This document shows positions 19,501 through 28,496 of a stretch of 64,000 nt of DNA, one piece after another (positions within the stretch are counted from its first letter, which is position 1; the number at the start of each line of letters is the position of its first letter). The position numbers and the translations under genes were made by a program. The notes beneath the pieces are model-generated. The model had not been told where the DNA came from, ran no database searches, and worked only from the letters and a program-made list of their open reading frames with translations. Source of the DNA: a virus (taxonomy: Duplodnaviria > Caudoviricetes); IMG/VR virus record IMGVR_UViG_2974598881_000001, positions 1 through 64,000 of that record; one strand, 5' to 3'.

Positions 19501-22286
19501 GCTGGAGCACCAAGAGTGTCGAGGGTGTGGACAAGACCCTGACCGAGTGGGAGCGCCTCGCCGAGGGACTGAATAACACGGTCGAGACTGGCATCAAGCC
19601 AGTGTTCGATAGCTTGGCCGAGATGCTCAAGCAGACCGAGGAAGGCTTCACCAAGTCTGTCGAGAATATCGGCACGGCTTGGGGTGGCCTCAAGGAGGGC
19701 ACCGCCGCTCCGGTTCGCTTCACTGTGAACACGGTCTACAACGAGGGTCTTCTCGCAACTTGGAATGGTGTCGCCGACCTCATTGGCGGCAACAAGATGA
19801 GCCCAATCTCGCTCAAGTTCCGCGACGGTGGTCCAGTGCGCGGCCCTGGCACGGAGACCAGCGACTCGATCCCTGCGCTGCTGTCGAAGAACGAGTACGT
19901 GCTCAGTGCCGACGCTGTTCGCCGCGCTGGTGGCGTGGGCAACCTGAACAAGTTCAACTTCAGCAGCACCTCGCCGCAGGGTATGTTCGGGATCGGCGGT
20001 CGTGGTCAGGTTATCCGTCGTGCAACAGGTGGCCCCGCCGACCCCGGCTCGCCTTCGCATGAGGCGCTTCAGCGTGGCTACCTGTACGCTCGCAAGATCG
20101 CGCCCGGTCCTTATGTTCTTGGTGGCAGCTCGGGCGGCTCGAGCGCCAATGGCACTGACTGCTCTGGTTACCAGTCGGAGATCGCAGACGTCATCATGGG
20201 CGGCCCCGGTGGCGCTCGCAAGTGGGCTACCGGCTCGTTCCCCGGAGGCGGTGGATCGCAGGGTGCTGTTGTCCGTATCGGCAACCAGACTTGGCTCAAG
20301 GGCCTTGGCGCTGGCCACTCGGTTGGCATCTCGGTCCCCCACGCGGCGGGCACACTGGGCGGCGTCCCTGGCCTCCCGGCGATAAACGTTGAGTCCGGCG
20401 GCGGAACCGGCCAGGGCGCTACGTTCGGCGGGCGTGCAACCGGCGCTGACGATCGCCAGTTCCCGACTCAGTACCACCTTGCTATTCTAGACTCGGCGTT
20501 CGTGTCGGGCGGTGGTGGCAGTGGTGCCTCGATGAAGGAAATTCTTGGCGGCATGGTCAAGCCTGGCCTCGACAAGATGATGCAGCAGGCAAGCGACTAC
20601 AGCGCTAACGCCAAGGGCTTCAACGGTCAGATTCCGAAGTTGGTTGCCGCTAAGTGGAACGAGACCACCCTCAAGAAGATCGAGGCAGAGTCCGCAAAGC
20701 TTGACGTTAGTGGCCCCGCCGCGGTTGGTGGCGTCGAGAGCGTCGAGCGCTGGCGCCCGATGGCGACCGCGGCCCTCAAGCGTAACGGGTTCTTGGGCGA
20801 CAAGCGCGATCAGGACCTCATGCTCAAGCAGATCATGACCGAGTCGGGTGGCCGACCTGGTGTTCTGCAGACTGTTCAGGACGTCAACTCGGGTGGCAAC
20901 GAGGCGCAGGGTCTTCTTCAGATTGTGCCCGGCACCTTCGCGGCCTACCGAGACCAGACGCTTCCGAACGATCGCACCGACCCCTGGGCGAATATGAACG
21001 CCGCTCTGCGGTACTACAAGGATCGCTACGGCAATGACCTCGGTACACACTGGGGCAAGGGCTTCGGCTATGACAACGGCGGCTTCTTGCAGCCCGGTAT
21101 TATCGGCAACTTCACCGGCGGCGTTGAGCCTGTTCTGACTTCGCAGCAGTGGAACGCTATGTACACCATCGCTGCAAACGCGCCTCGACTGAATCAGCTG
21201 ACCATGCAGGAGGCGGTTGAGCGCGCCAACGAGGAGACTGGCAACACCGACAAGAAGCAGACCGAAGCCATCATCAAGGGCATGGAGGTTTGGCAGGAGG
21301 CCTGGAAGCCGCTAGTCTTTGATGCGACCGAGAAGTCCACCAAGGCTACCGAGTCTATGACCAAGGCGGCGACTGCTCAGACTGGTTCTACGCAGATTCT
21401 CACCAAGAGCATCGGCAAGTGGGACACCACAGTCAAGGAGCTGTCGAAGGCGCTGACACAGTTCTCGCAGTCGATGCAGCAGTCCATCCAGGTTCAGCAG
21501 GGCGGCGGAAGCGGCGGAAGCAGCTTCGGAACCATTAATCTCGGTGGAGTCAACGGTGGAGGTGGCGGATCGGGCGCTAACGCTGGCGGGTTCAGCATGA
21601 AGGCTCCCACCTTCGGCGCCTGGGCTCCGATGCTCAATGTTATGGCCGACCTCCTCGAGGCCCTGCCGTATGCAGAGCGTAACTGGACTGCAGATAATCC
21701 GGTTCCTGGCGAGACAGAGAAGCAGCGCAAGCAGCGTATCGCGGCGAACAATCTCACGAACTTTGCCAAGGGTAGTTACAACGTTGTTAAGGACGTTGGC
21801 CCTCCCGTTCTGCGTCACACGGCTATCATCGGCAGTGCTGTCGAGAAGCTTGTGTACGAAGATGGCGAAGCCTGGAGTGCGGCGTTCGCGGCTATCGCCC
21901 AAAACAACCCTGCGGGTTACGCTATCGCAGTGTTGCTGGGTATTAAAACAGTCGCTACGCTCGCGCCTCTGATCCTCGCTGCAATCATGGATATTGTGCC
22001 CGCGCTAATCCGTGCTATTGTTAGGTTCCTAACCCAGTTCATGCCTGATTCGGTGTTCGCTTACGCCGATTTGGCAGCCGCAGAGAACGCAGTACTGGAG
22101 CAGCAGGAGGGTGGCGAGGTCGCACAAGGCCAGGGCCGACGTTACCCGACTGAGGCAATGGTTAGCCCGAGCGGTAACGCTCCTGTCAACCTCTTTATCT
22201 ACGGAGACCTCGAGATGCCGAATGTTAGTGATGGAAGCGACGCAAATGAGTTCGTCGACCAGCTCCGACTGTTGGCGAGCAAGTAA
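13557..22286 (+). CDS. Tape measure protein with C-terminal peptidoglycan-hydrolase domains
   Basis: 2909 aa, TTG start; tape-measure N-domain, hydrophobic block, coiled coil, aromatic repeats, GPGTETSDSIPALLS motif, DCSG motif, lysozyme-like ESGG...GLLQ motif. Confidence 0.95.
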   Translation: MNSAATNILITAQAAQAVATLNRVQAQLRALQIAARTAQTSSNGSWFGTMAAGQGRITATQASLRGFIASTNTANAASNRPWFASMTAAGSRLQWIGKQLTMNFTAPLLLAAGAGVKFGLDMEKSMTRLKKVYGDGSMSAKQQTNEVKALEKAMIALSDTYGVASDEVANVAADWAAAGSSGKALAEQTKLTLETMILGEMDAEEATKSLIAIQAQWGAVTETTSDKLDKNGKVIQKVANDKLSLTTILRQLNAVENETGTSMQDLVTAFSKASGVARTVGLDTAHLAAMVAALVPAAGSATEAGNGLKTMLTRVMNPTRATRQVLDAMGISLSDAGWQSANAAQRLEMLSEKFGGLTQAQKIQASALVASVWQINKFEVLMDSMRNKMGYYHKSLALLADQDRVAMIAQRELNAVLESSPQRAKQAGAIIKNSLMKAMEPLIPVIIQVALWFGKLFRAFSEISPSVRSLIVVILLVMAALGPMIIMMGLLKLSIGQLAPIFAVLGRAILLPLAPLKLLSIAFWASMIRSTVAAKALLGVIAVGKVFAIGMTSVAAITVGAWRLLYMAVASNALKTAAVWVSTTGMMMLASFRLQASLIAAALILKARLLVINASMWIMMVAANASYYARMLAMNAMFYTGMVFAILVAKAKIIAATIATWATTTAITAAGIVRNLGLWALFSRGVGLIWAGMRAVAAAGAAAMVTIQTAMAAASLVVQKAWAVATLVTSAAMWKGLIALALGGSRGIVTVVARAGAMLLAVLASPWALAIGVVVGLIVMFRTQIVQAFNNIVNYFKNLPAETAKGLSPLTNIFVKAKNAVVNAFNALPAGVKNALLAVVRIVRAAAMKVYELFSYINPFARHSPSLVENVTNGMAEVNRQFTNSAAVAKRSINEMHASVKSLEGMGKGLAAANAQADRDKVASNAGKAGVGNAMPEYDRLNAQVKASKAELASMNAAIEAQEAKLKSVKAGVEAYDAALEKMNSELATTESIQQDVSRALDAAKARYDRFANAQIKGMGAAEDAIFANTMAQKRLQLQIKKMEQESGGVDSLTDSYSKLQGSIEELTAKQKELREGGAGSDVLGEYDKMIAELKAQQGGIMDGQLDGPAGKLKELNDQLQQLQNQAEIMDLEKSLQFDSLNRNIEKFKNNVEELPYGQIMQGMDSSRTSVNNLQYAYDSLGIVIDGQKAKIADTQAARDALQKTYDAENTKLEKVKETYQELEEAIRSGEQAMQDFASQAEQAVQRQEEAAAAAEKAAKAGKKGKGGGGGDDTSNALQNFEDAGAGDFPTFGGKDTIGREGGLGDQSSQIDQFTKSLTEGLETSLGGLNPFAPLMKWWDNTVNWFKGMMGPFGDIFSGIGEGIRVAFGSDDTGAVSGFGQTIQTVKDSLSGFWDTLKTIGSLIGGLFGPDLMTSVSEFGKGFADIWGKISGPLKDLGAEVMPFIKAAFEALVPVIGIFVGALEIIWEVINGAIGPVFNWLGDIIKSIIQVITGVVKIITGVINVVVGLVKTVIGVIKGIFTGDWSTAIEGLKQLFSDGFGKIFSGIWDIVKGIFGAIWSTIKNFVSLIINTIWGFIKGVIDFFTELWDVLVGHSIVPDMVNAIIEWFFKLPGTLLGMIGDFIVAIVTFFFELPGKILGALGELGGLLGEWLGKAWTWLKDNAPGLAEGFMQWVRDFPENFMTGLGVLGDKIGPWFGKAWDWLKDNAPNLILGFLTWVAGIPGFILEKLGQPAGMLLQYGKDMIQGLLDGAGSLLKDIGKFMLDKLPGWIKEPFKKAMGIASPSKVFKGYGKNLGEGLVIGMDGQQKAVEDSSKALAAAADTGPIDISAAPDTSSVTGAMNAVAKQAAAAPAATATIDAQAGAVAAADPSQLNLDSTTAELDAFIADSTAKLDAFNAQVTGSMVAMAEAIAAAFKAIETSASTSFTALAGTGVSQFTTMQTTLVAIVTKMVADIAAQLQSLLEQVKAFTTQFAAAWQALWDSWSTKSVEGVDKTLTEWERLAEGLNNTVETGIKPVFDSLAEMLKQTEEGFTKSVENIGTAWGGLKEGTAAPVRFTVNTVYNEGLLATWNGVADLIGGNKMSPISLKFRDGGPVRGPGTETSDSIPALLSKNEYVLSADAVRRAGGVGNLNKFNFSSTSPQGMFGIGGRGQVIRRATGGPADPGSPSHEALQRGYLYARKIAPGPYVLGGSSGGSSANGTDCSGYQSEIADVIMGGPGGARKWATGSFPGGGGSQGAVVRIGNQTWLKGLGAGHSVGISVPHAAGTLGGVPGLPAINVESGGGTGQGATFGGRATGADDRQFPTQYHLAILDSAFVSGGGGSGASMKEILGGMVKPGLDKMMQQASDYSANAKGFNGQIPKLVAAKWNETTLKKIEAESAKLDVSGPAAVGGVESVERWRPMATAALKRNGFLGDKRDQDLMLKQIMTESGGRPGVLQTVQDVNSGGNEAQGLLQIVPGTFAAYRDQTLPNDRTDPWANMNAALRYYKDRYGNDLGTHWGKGFGYDNGGFLQPGIIGNFTGGVEPVLTSQQWNAMYTIAANAPRLNQLTMQEAVERANEETGNTDKKQTEAIIKGMEVWQEAWKPLVFDATEKSTKATESMTKAATAQTGSTQILTKSIGKWDTTVKELSKALTQFSQSMQQSIQVQQGGGSGGSSFGTINLGGVNGGGGGSGANAGGFSMKAPTFGAWAPMLNVMADLLEALPYAERNWTADNPVPGETEKQRKQRIAANNLTNFAKGSYNVVKDVGPPVLRHTAIIGSAVEKLVYEDGEAWSAAFAAIAQNNPAGYAIAVLLGIKTVATLAPLILAAIMDIVPALIRAIVRFLTQFMPDSVFAYADLAAAENAVLEQQEGGEVAQGQGRRYPTEAMVSPSGNAPVNLFIYGDLEMPNVSDGSDANEFVDQLRLLASK

Positions 22287-24817
22287 TGGCTAGGCTGATT
22301 CATCGACCCAACCAGGCGGTCGATTACGGAACGGTCGAGACCAACGGCTCGGGCAACGTCCTCGGCGACGGCGATAACGCGACTCGTAAGCAGTACTACG
22401 AGGATTCGGGCAGCATCCTGCTGTACCCGAGCTTTGATCCGCTGCTCGTGCCCGACGGGCGTGTGATTCTTGCGGTCAAGCCCGGCCTTGTGCAGCAGAA
22501 CGGCGGATCACTGATCGCACTGCACAACGGCTGGGTCATGGGGTACCTGCGCATCAACAATCAGCGCGTGGGCAAGTCGCGTATCTACAAGCAGGACGGG
22601 TACAGTACGACTCCGCGCGCCGTCGAAGGTGCGCCGATCTACAACACCGGACTTGCTCCCTGGCGGGCAGTCGACATCGACAAGATGACCACCGATGTCG
22701 GCTCCCCCACGGGAGAGTTCGGCCCGAACACCAAGAAGCTCTGGTGTATTTGCAACGACTCGTACATCGTTCTCGTCATTGACGACGACGTTGTTACTCC
22801 GTCGATCAACTACCCCGCTGACGGCGCGATCATCAACACCTCGTCTGTGGACTTCAAGGGTAACGTCAACGTCACCCAGGAAGAGCAGCCTGTAGCCTGC
22901 GTGTTCCAGGTCTGCCGTACCGAGTTCTTCGACGACGAGACGGTGGACACTTTTATCGGCGGCCTGGTGCAGAAGAGTGGTGACACGAGTAACTACGACT
23001 CGGTTGTCAACCGCCCGAGCTACACACGCCTCGGTCCCGGAAAGTGGTACGTCCGAGTCAAGGCGAAGGACTATCGTGGCACCGAGTCGCCCTGGGGTGA
23101 CACCACTTCGTTCACTATCGTGCACGGACCTTTGCCTGTGCCGATCCCGAACAACCCTGGACCCGACATCACTAAGAACACTCCTTACGGTTACCGTGAG
23201 GCTGTTCTTCAGACGACCCCCTCGGGCGACCGATACGTCGGCATTGACTGGCAGTTCTGCCAGAATCCCGACTTCACCACAGGGCCTGTGATCGAGTGGC
23301 GGAACAACGCTGTCGGTCGATACAACGCTGGTCCTGTCGGCTATACCGCTGATCCGAGCCCTGACGTCAAGCCGGGACTCAACAGCGAGAAGGTCTCTAC
23401 CGGTGACCCGGATCAGTACCTGGTTCAGGGTGATTGGTACGTCCGCGCCAGGGCGGTCGATGTCTGGAACCAGACTGGCGATTGGTCTTCCGGGCATAAG
23501 TTTACCGTCTCGCACCCGCCTGTGGTGCAGCAGCCGTGGCCGAGTGGTGATCGTGGCTTCGATGATGACGCCTTTCCGGTGCGTTGGACATTCGGCGACC
23601 CCTGGAAGGGGGACACGCAGAGCGCCTACCAGGTGATCGTGCGAGACCCCGCCGCGAATATCTTGCACGACAGTGGCAAGGTTGTCAGCCCGTTCACCAC
23701 CGCTAAGGTGAGCATCGGCGACGAGTGGAAGGAACAGATTCTCGGACTGTCGATTCAGATCTGGGATAAGGATGGCGTCGCGTCCCTCGTGTGGACTGGC
23801 ACCTTCCGTCACTCGACCGCTCCGAAGATCACCCTGCCGTACCCTGCGCCCGACGAGGAGATCATCACCGGTCAGCCGGACCTTTCGTGGTCCGTGGAGT
23901 ATGCACCGGGCCAGAGTCAGAAGTCGTACCATATCGCGTTCATCCGGCGCGACAAGGGTACGATCGAGTGGAAGAGCGACATCACTCAGAGCACCGCGAC
24001 GACTTGGCACGCCCCGACGGCGATCCTCAAGAACGTCTCGCTGTACCAGCTGGCGCTCACCATCGTGGATACTCAGGACCTGGGCACTACGCTGCTGCGC
24101 AACTTCAGCACGAACTACGTTCGCCCGCCGATGATCTACTGCTCGGCTTACGCGACGGATTACGAGGAGAACGGTTACGTCTCGATTCTGTGGCCGAACA
24201 CCTCTGTCGATCCGCAGTTCATCGAGTTCCGCCTCTATCGCAAGAACGTAGACGTGGAGGGCTCGGAGTGGGAGCAGATCGGTACGGTTGCCGATCCCGA
24301 GGTATGGCAGTTCCGCGACTGGTCTACCTCCGGTCCGTACCGCTACAAGTACGCGATCACTCAGGTGGTCATGCTGTACGGCGCCTTGGTCGAGTCTCTG
24401 CCCGACGAGTACGGCGACGTGGTGCAGGTGGTGTCGAGTCACTACTGGCTCATTCTGCCCGATAACGAGGAGCTGAACACCAAGCTCTACCATGTCACCG
24501 ACGATAAGTACACGTCGAAGATCGAGACCAGCTCTCACATCATCCTCGGCGGCGGTGGCGCTCGAGTGGTGTACGGCAATCCTATCGGCATCGAGGGCTC
24601 GCTTACCGCCCAGGTGCGGGGCGGGTCGCCACTGAACGTCAAGCAGCAGCGCGAGCGCATCCTGCGTATCCAGTTCGAGATGGGATATTGCTACCTGCGC
24701 GACCCCTTCGGCAACTACACCAAGGTTGCGCTCGGCGAGATTTCCGTCGCGCGTATGCCTGGCGTCGGCATCAACGAGTTCGTGGACATCGAGGTCCCCT
24801 ACATGGAGGTTAAGTAA
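22286..24817 (+). CDS. Minor tail protein with Ig/FN3-like repeats (distal tail-like)
   Basis: Repeated WYVRVKAKD..G..S.W and WYVRARAVD..W motifs; first gene after the tape measure. Confidence 0.8.
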   Translation: MARLIHRPNQAVDYGTVETNGSGNVLGDGDNATRKQYYEDSGSILLYPSFDPLLVPDGRVILAVKPGLVQQNGGSLIALHNGWVMGYLRINNQRVGKSRIYKQDGYSTTPRAVEGAPIYNTGLAPWRAVDIDKMTTDVGSPTGEFGPNTKKLWCICNDSYIVLVIDDDVVTPSINYPADGAIINTSSVDFKGNVNVTQEEQPVACVFQVCRTEFFDDETVDTFIGGLVQKSGDTSNYDSVVNRPSYTRLGPGKWYVRVKAKDYRGTESPWGDTTSFTIVHGPLPVPIPNNPGPDITKNTPYGYREAVLQTTPSGDRYVGIDWQFCQNPDFTTGPVIEWRNNAVGRYNAGPVGYTADPSPDVKPGLNSEKVSTGDPDQYLVQGDWYVRARAVDVWNQTGDWSSGHKFTVSHPPVVQQPWPSGDRGFDDDAFPVRWTFGDPWKGDTQSAYQVIVRDPAANILHDSGKVVSPFTTAKVSIGDEWKEQILGLSIQIWDKDGVASLVWTGTFRHSTAPKITLPYPAPDEEIITGQPDLSWSVEYAPGQSQKSYHIAFIRRDKGTIEWKSDITQSTATTWHAPTAILKNVSLYQLALTIVDTQDLGTTLLRNFSTNYVRPPMIYCSAYATDYEENGYVSILWPNTSVDPQFIEFRLYRKNVDVEGSEWEQIGTVADPEVWQFRDWSTSGPYRYKYAITQVVMLYGALVESLPDEYGDVVQVVSSHYWLILPDNEELNTKLYHVTDDKYTSKIETSSHIILGGGGARVVYGNPIGIEGSLTAQVRGGSPLNVKQQRERILRIQFEMGYCYLRDPFGNYTKVALGEISVARMPGVGINEFVDIEVPYMEVK

Positions 24818-26565
24818 TGCCTCTGCCCCCTCGGCCTGACATTCAGGCGGCGTTCCTCGCGCCCGTGGTGAACATCACTCGGCGTATCGAGATCTACGAG
24901 CAGGACGGCACGACGCCCTGGCGTCAGGACCTGTGGGATGACCTCCTGGTCGGCGGTAACATCAATCTCGATTACGACCGCGATGAGCGTCGCACGCTGG
25001 ACTGCGAGCTCGACAACATCAGTGGTGACCTCAATCCGAAGGCAGGCGGCCTTTGGTACGACAAGCGCTTCAAGCTGTTCTACGGCATCCGACTCGATCA
25101 GAACGATCGAGGCGTCAAGGTTGCCATCGTGGAGCAGAACTTGGCGGATGGGCAGGCTTTCGAGCTCAAGAAGCACCTGTCCGCCAACGGGATTAGCGAG
25201 GTTCATTACCTCCCTACAGCTACGGAATACGAGCAGGTCGAGAACTATGACGTGCTCGTAGCGATTTCGAGCACCCAGTTGCAGAAGACTCAGTTCCTGA
25301 GCCAGTGTTACAACAGGGGCAAGGGAATCGTTACGTTCTCGATGGATCAAGCGTTCGGGTCACTGCCCGCGCTAGTCGGGAACGCGGGCACGAGCACCGT
25401 CGTATCGGGCGGTGAGCGCGCGTATGCTCCATCGGCCACCGGTTCGGGTGTGTCGATAGGGTGGGACGATTGGAGCACGGATTCGGACACTCCGTATCGC
25501 AAGATTCTCGCGCCCGCATCTGGCGCAAAGATCGCTGCGATCATGGAGGACGACAACGGTCAGTCTGTCGGCGCGGTATCCCGCGAGGACACAGACGGTC
25601 GGCGATGGGTACACTGTGTGGCATCAGACTTCACCGAGGATGCTCTGCCAGAGGGGTACGAAGAGTTCGGAAGGTTTGTCAGCAGGGCAGTTACTTGGAC
25701 GTCTGCTTACGAGGCGCTCGAGGAATGGGAGATTCAGCTCGGCGAGTTCATCGCCGACTCGATCTCGCTGGGACAGTCGTACGCGACCATCTCGGTCAAC
25801 GGCCGGGACTTGACAAAGATGTGCCAGCAGTCGAAGTTCGTGGTCTCGACGACGTTTAAGGCAAAGACGCCGATCGAGAGTGTCATCAGGACTGTGGCTA
25901 CGAATGCAGGCATCTCGAAGTTTAAGCTACCCATCACGGACAAGGTTCTCGATAAAGACATGACCTGGGAGCGTGGCACCTCCCGTTGGGATGTGATAAG
26001 AGATGTTTCCCACAGTAACAACTATGAAGTCTTCTTCGATAACGAAGGCTACCTGTTCATGCGCGAGTTTCGCGATCCACTCCTCACTCCGCCTACTCTT
26101 GAGCTTAGCGCTGGTTTGGGAGGTAATCTCATCTCACGCGGCGGGAAGACCTCAGACGGTCAGCTTTTTAATCATATCGTTGTTGTTGGTGAATCTTCTG
26201 ATTCATCGACTCCACCTGTGTATGCAGAGGCGATTAATACTACGCCGACTTCACCTACGAGCGTTGCCGAGATCGGTGATCGGGTAGCAGTCACAACGCT
26301 CAGTATGATTACGACAATCCAACAGGCACAGAAGTACGCGAACACGCTTCTGTCGGTGTCGGCGCTCGAGGAGTTTGAGCTTGACTTCGAAGCTACACTA
26401 TTGCCGTGGATTGAGGCTGGCGACATTCTTGAGATGAAGAGGTCGGACAGCCGGTACTGGGGTCCAGACCGGTACCTCCTTACGAATCTGTCATTTCCCC
26501 TCGATCTGACGCCTATGTCGGGTAATGGGAAACGAATCGAGAAGGTAGAGGCGGCGGAAAGCTAA
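24817..26565 (+). CDS. Minor tail protein (baseplate hub/Tal-like) with an inserted domain
   Basis: Hub-like N-terminus and C-terminal FFDNEGYL/PWIEAGD motifs; ~200-aa insertion. Confidence 0.75.
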   Translation: MPLPPRPDIQAAFLAPVVNITRRIEIYEQDGTTPWRQDLWDDLLVGGNINLDYDRDERRTLDCELDNISGDLNPKAGGLWYDKRFKLFYGIRLDQNDRGVKVAIVEQNLADGQAFELKKHLSANGISEVHYLPTATEYEQVENYDVLVAISSTQLQKTQFLSQCYNRGKGIVTFSMDQAFGSLPALVGNAGTSTVVSGGERAYAPSATGSGVSIGWDDWSTDSDTPYRKILAPASGAKIAAIMEDDNGQSVGAVSREDTDGRRWVHCVASDFTEDALPEGYEEFGRFVSRAVTWTSAYEALEEWEIQLGEFIADSISLGQSYATISVNGRDLTKMCQQSKFVVSTTFKAKTPIESVIRTVATNAGISKFKLPITDKVLDKDMTWERGTSRWDVIRDVSHSNNYEVFFDNEGYLFMREFRDPLLTPPTLELSAGLGGNLISRGGKTSDGQLFNHIVVVGESSDSSTPPVYAEAINTTPTSPTSVAEIGDRVAVTTLSMITTIQQAQKYANTLLSVSALEEFELDFEATLLPWIEAGDILEMKRSDSRYWGPDRYLLTNLSFPLDLTPMSGNGKRIEKVEAAES

Positions 26566-28496
26566 TGGCTACTGGCTTTGGCGAATGGGCGAACACGGTT
26601 CAGGCCCACAAGGTTCTTACTCAAATCGCGGCAAATGAGGTGCAGAGGCTACGGCCCGCATCCCGTCTGGCTGAAGTGACTGCGATCGACACGATTGACA
26701 AGTCGCTCATGGTGAGGTTCGTTGGAGAGACGAACGAGGTTCGGGTTCCGTATACCTCTACGTCGCCTGCGAACACCGGCCAGTATGTGCGCGTCGGCGG
26801 CACGATGCACGACAGGCATGTCGAAGATGTCGTGGGCACGACTGCGACCGAGGCTCGGCTAGCCGACACCGAGAATCACGTCGACTCGCTCATGACGAGT
26901 ATCTTAGGAAACGAGTGGGCGAACGATGACGATGGAGAATCTGGTAGCTTTATTGACCGCATTACTGATTTCTTCGGTAGTCTCGGGGGCAATAATGAAG
27001 ATCTGCTGGGACTTATTGGAGCTCTTGCGGACAATCCGCTCGGAACGATCAACGACGCCAAGGCCAAGATCAAGTCGATGCTGGAGTCGGCGTTCGGACT
27101 GATCGACCCGAGCCGTATTCCGCTTCTTCCTGCCTCGCACATCGGCAAGGCCGAGCCGGATATTCTGGCGAACTACACGTTCGACAGTGCTATCACTATC
27201 GACACCACCGGCGCGTGGACCTGGGACGAGACCGAAGGCCACACGGCTCCCGGCTCGGCCCGCACCACTGCAAACGGCAGCAGGCGCGTGCTCACCTCGG
27301 TTCCGATCAAGGTTGACGAACTACAGAAGCTCGAGGTCGCAGGCTGGGTTAAGTGGGCTGGTGTCACAGCGGTTGGAAACGCTTTCCAGATTGTCATTCT
27401 TGCTTCTAACGACACCTCGCCGGTGTCCGAGACTGTTGTTCAGTCCATTACTAACCCGGCTACCAATGGCGTCTGGACCAAGATGGCAGGATCGTACACA
27501 GTGCCCGAGGGTATTACCTCGGTTCGCGTCAGGCTTGTCGTCACTTCGACCACCACTGTTGGTACGGTCTGGTTCGATGACATGTCGATGAGCAAGACCA
27601 ACACGGTCAAGCAGGGTCTCATCACGAACCTTATTCCCGATCTGTCCGGCCTGTGGGGCAACTTCACCAGTGTCTTTGAGAAGATCACCGGAGTAATTGG
27701 CGCTGGCCCGACGCAGCTTCAGCAGTGGATCGCGCAGCTCAAGAATATCTTGTCGGGAATCTCCATCCCTGGCGGGGACCTGTTTCCAACTTTGTCGCAA
27801 GCGATCAACGGTGCGATCAGTAACGTTCAGACGTTTGCGCAGAACCTACTCAATGGCATCCTCAGTGGTATCCGAAAGATTCCTGTTGTCGGCGGCTCGA
27901 TCGCAGATGTCATTAGCGAGATCACCGGCCTCAAGGATACTACCGAGAGCGCTATCGACGCAGCAGGGACCGCCCAGACGACCGCCGACATGGCGCATGT
28001 CGCTGCCGACAACGCTGTATCGACTGCGGTTGACACGGTTAAGCAGGGCCTGAACAACGCGGGTCCACAGGCGGCTCCGATTCAGAGTGCGCTCCGTTCA
28101 TTTATCGACTTGATCTTCGGCTCGGGCACATCGAGCGGTTCGACTCCTACCGTTCGCTGGACGCAGGAGATTTACCTGTGTGCCGGTCCGGTGATTCTCG
28201 GACTCAACGATATTCCGCTTGGGTTCGAGCTGCCTTACAATGCTGCTATTACTTCGATTACAGCTCGCACATCTGAGCATGTCACTACCGGAACAGGGTC
28301 TCGGGTGGTAGTTCAGGTGCGTAAGAATGGCACCGTAATTCACACGATGACTTGGAACGGTGGCGTCGCTCGTTATACATCTGGCGCGCTGAATATTACC
28401 GGACTTACTGTTAACGATGTGATTACTTTCAACGTCATCGAGGTCAGCTCTCGTATGGCTGACATGTCAATCACTGTTGCGGGTCGGTACAGCTAA
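26565..28496 (+). CDS. Minor tail protein with a putative carbohydrate-binding module
   Basis: Segment NYTFDS...VWFDDMSMSK resembles a CBM beta-sandwich; helical spacer. Confidence 0.7.
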   Translation: MATGFGEWANTVQAHKVLTQIAANEVQRLRPASRLAEVTAIDTIDKSLMVRFVGETNEVRVPYTSTSPANTGQYVRVGGTMHDRHVEDVVGTTATEARLADTENHVDSLMTSILGNEWANDDDGESGSFIDRITDFFGSLGGNNEDLLGLIGALADNPLGTINDAKAKIKSMLESAFGLIDPSRIPLLPASHIGKAEPDILANYTFDSAITIDTTGAWTWDETEGHTAPGSARTTANGSRRVLTSVPIKVDELQKLEVAGWVKWAGVTAVGNAFQIVILASNDTSPVSETVVQSITNPATNGVWTKMAGSYTVPEGITSVRVRLVVTSTTTVGTVWFDDMSMSKTNTVKQGLITNLIPDLSGLWGNFTSVFEKITGVIGAGPTQLQQWIAQLKNILSGISIPGGDLFPTLSQAINGAISNVQTFAQNLLNGILSGIRKIPVVGGSIADVISEITGLKDTTESAIDAAGTAQTTADMAHVAADNAVSTAVDTVKQGLNNAGPQAAPIQSALRSFIDLIFGSGTSSGSTPTVRWTQEIYLCAGPVILGLNDIPLGFELPYNAAITSITARTSEHVTTGTGSRVVVQVRKNGTVIHTMTWNGGVARYTSGALNITGLTVNDVITFNVIEVSSRMADMSITVAGRYS

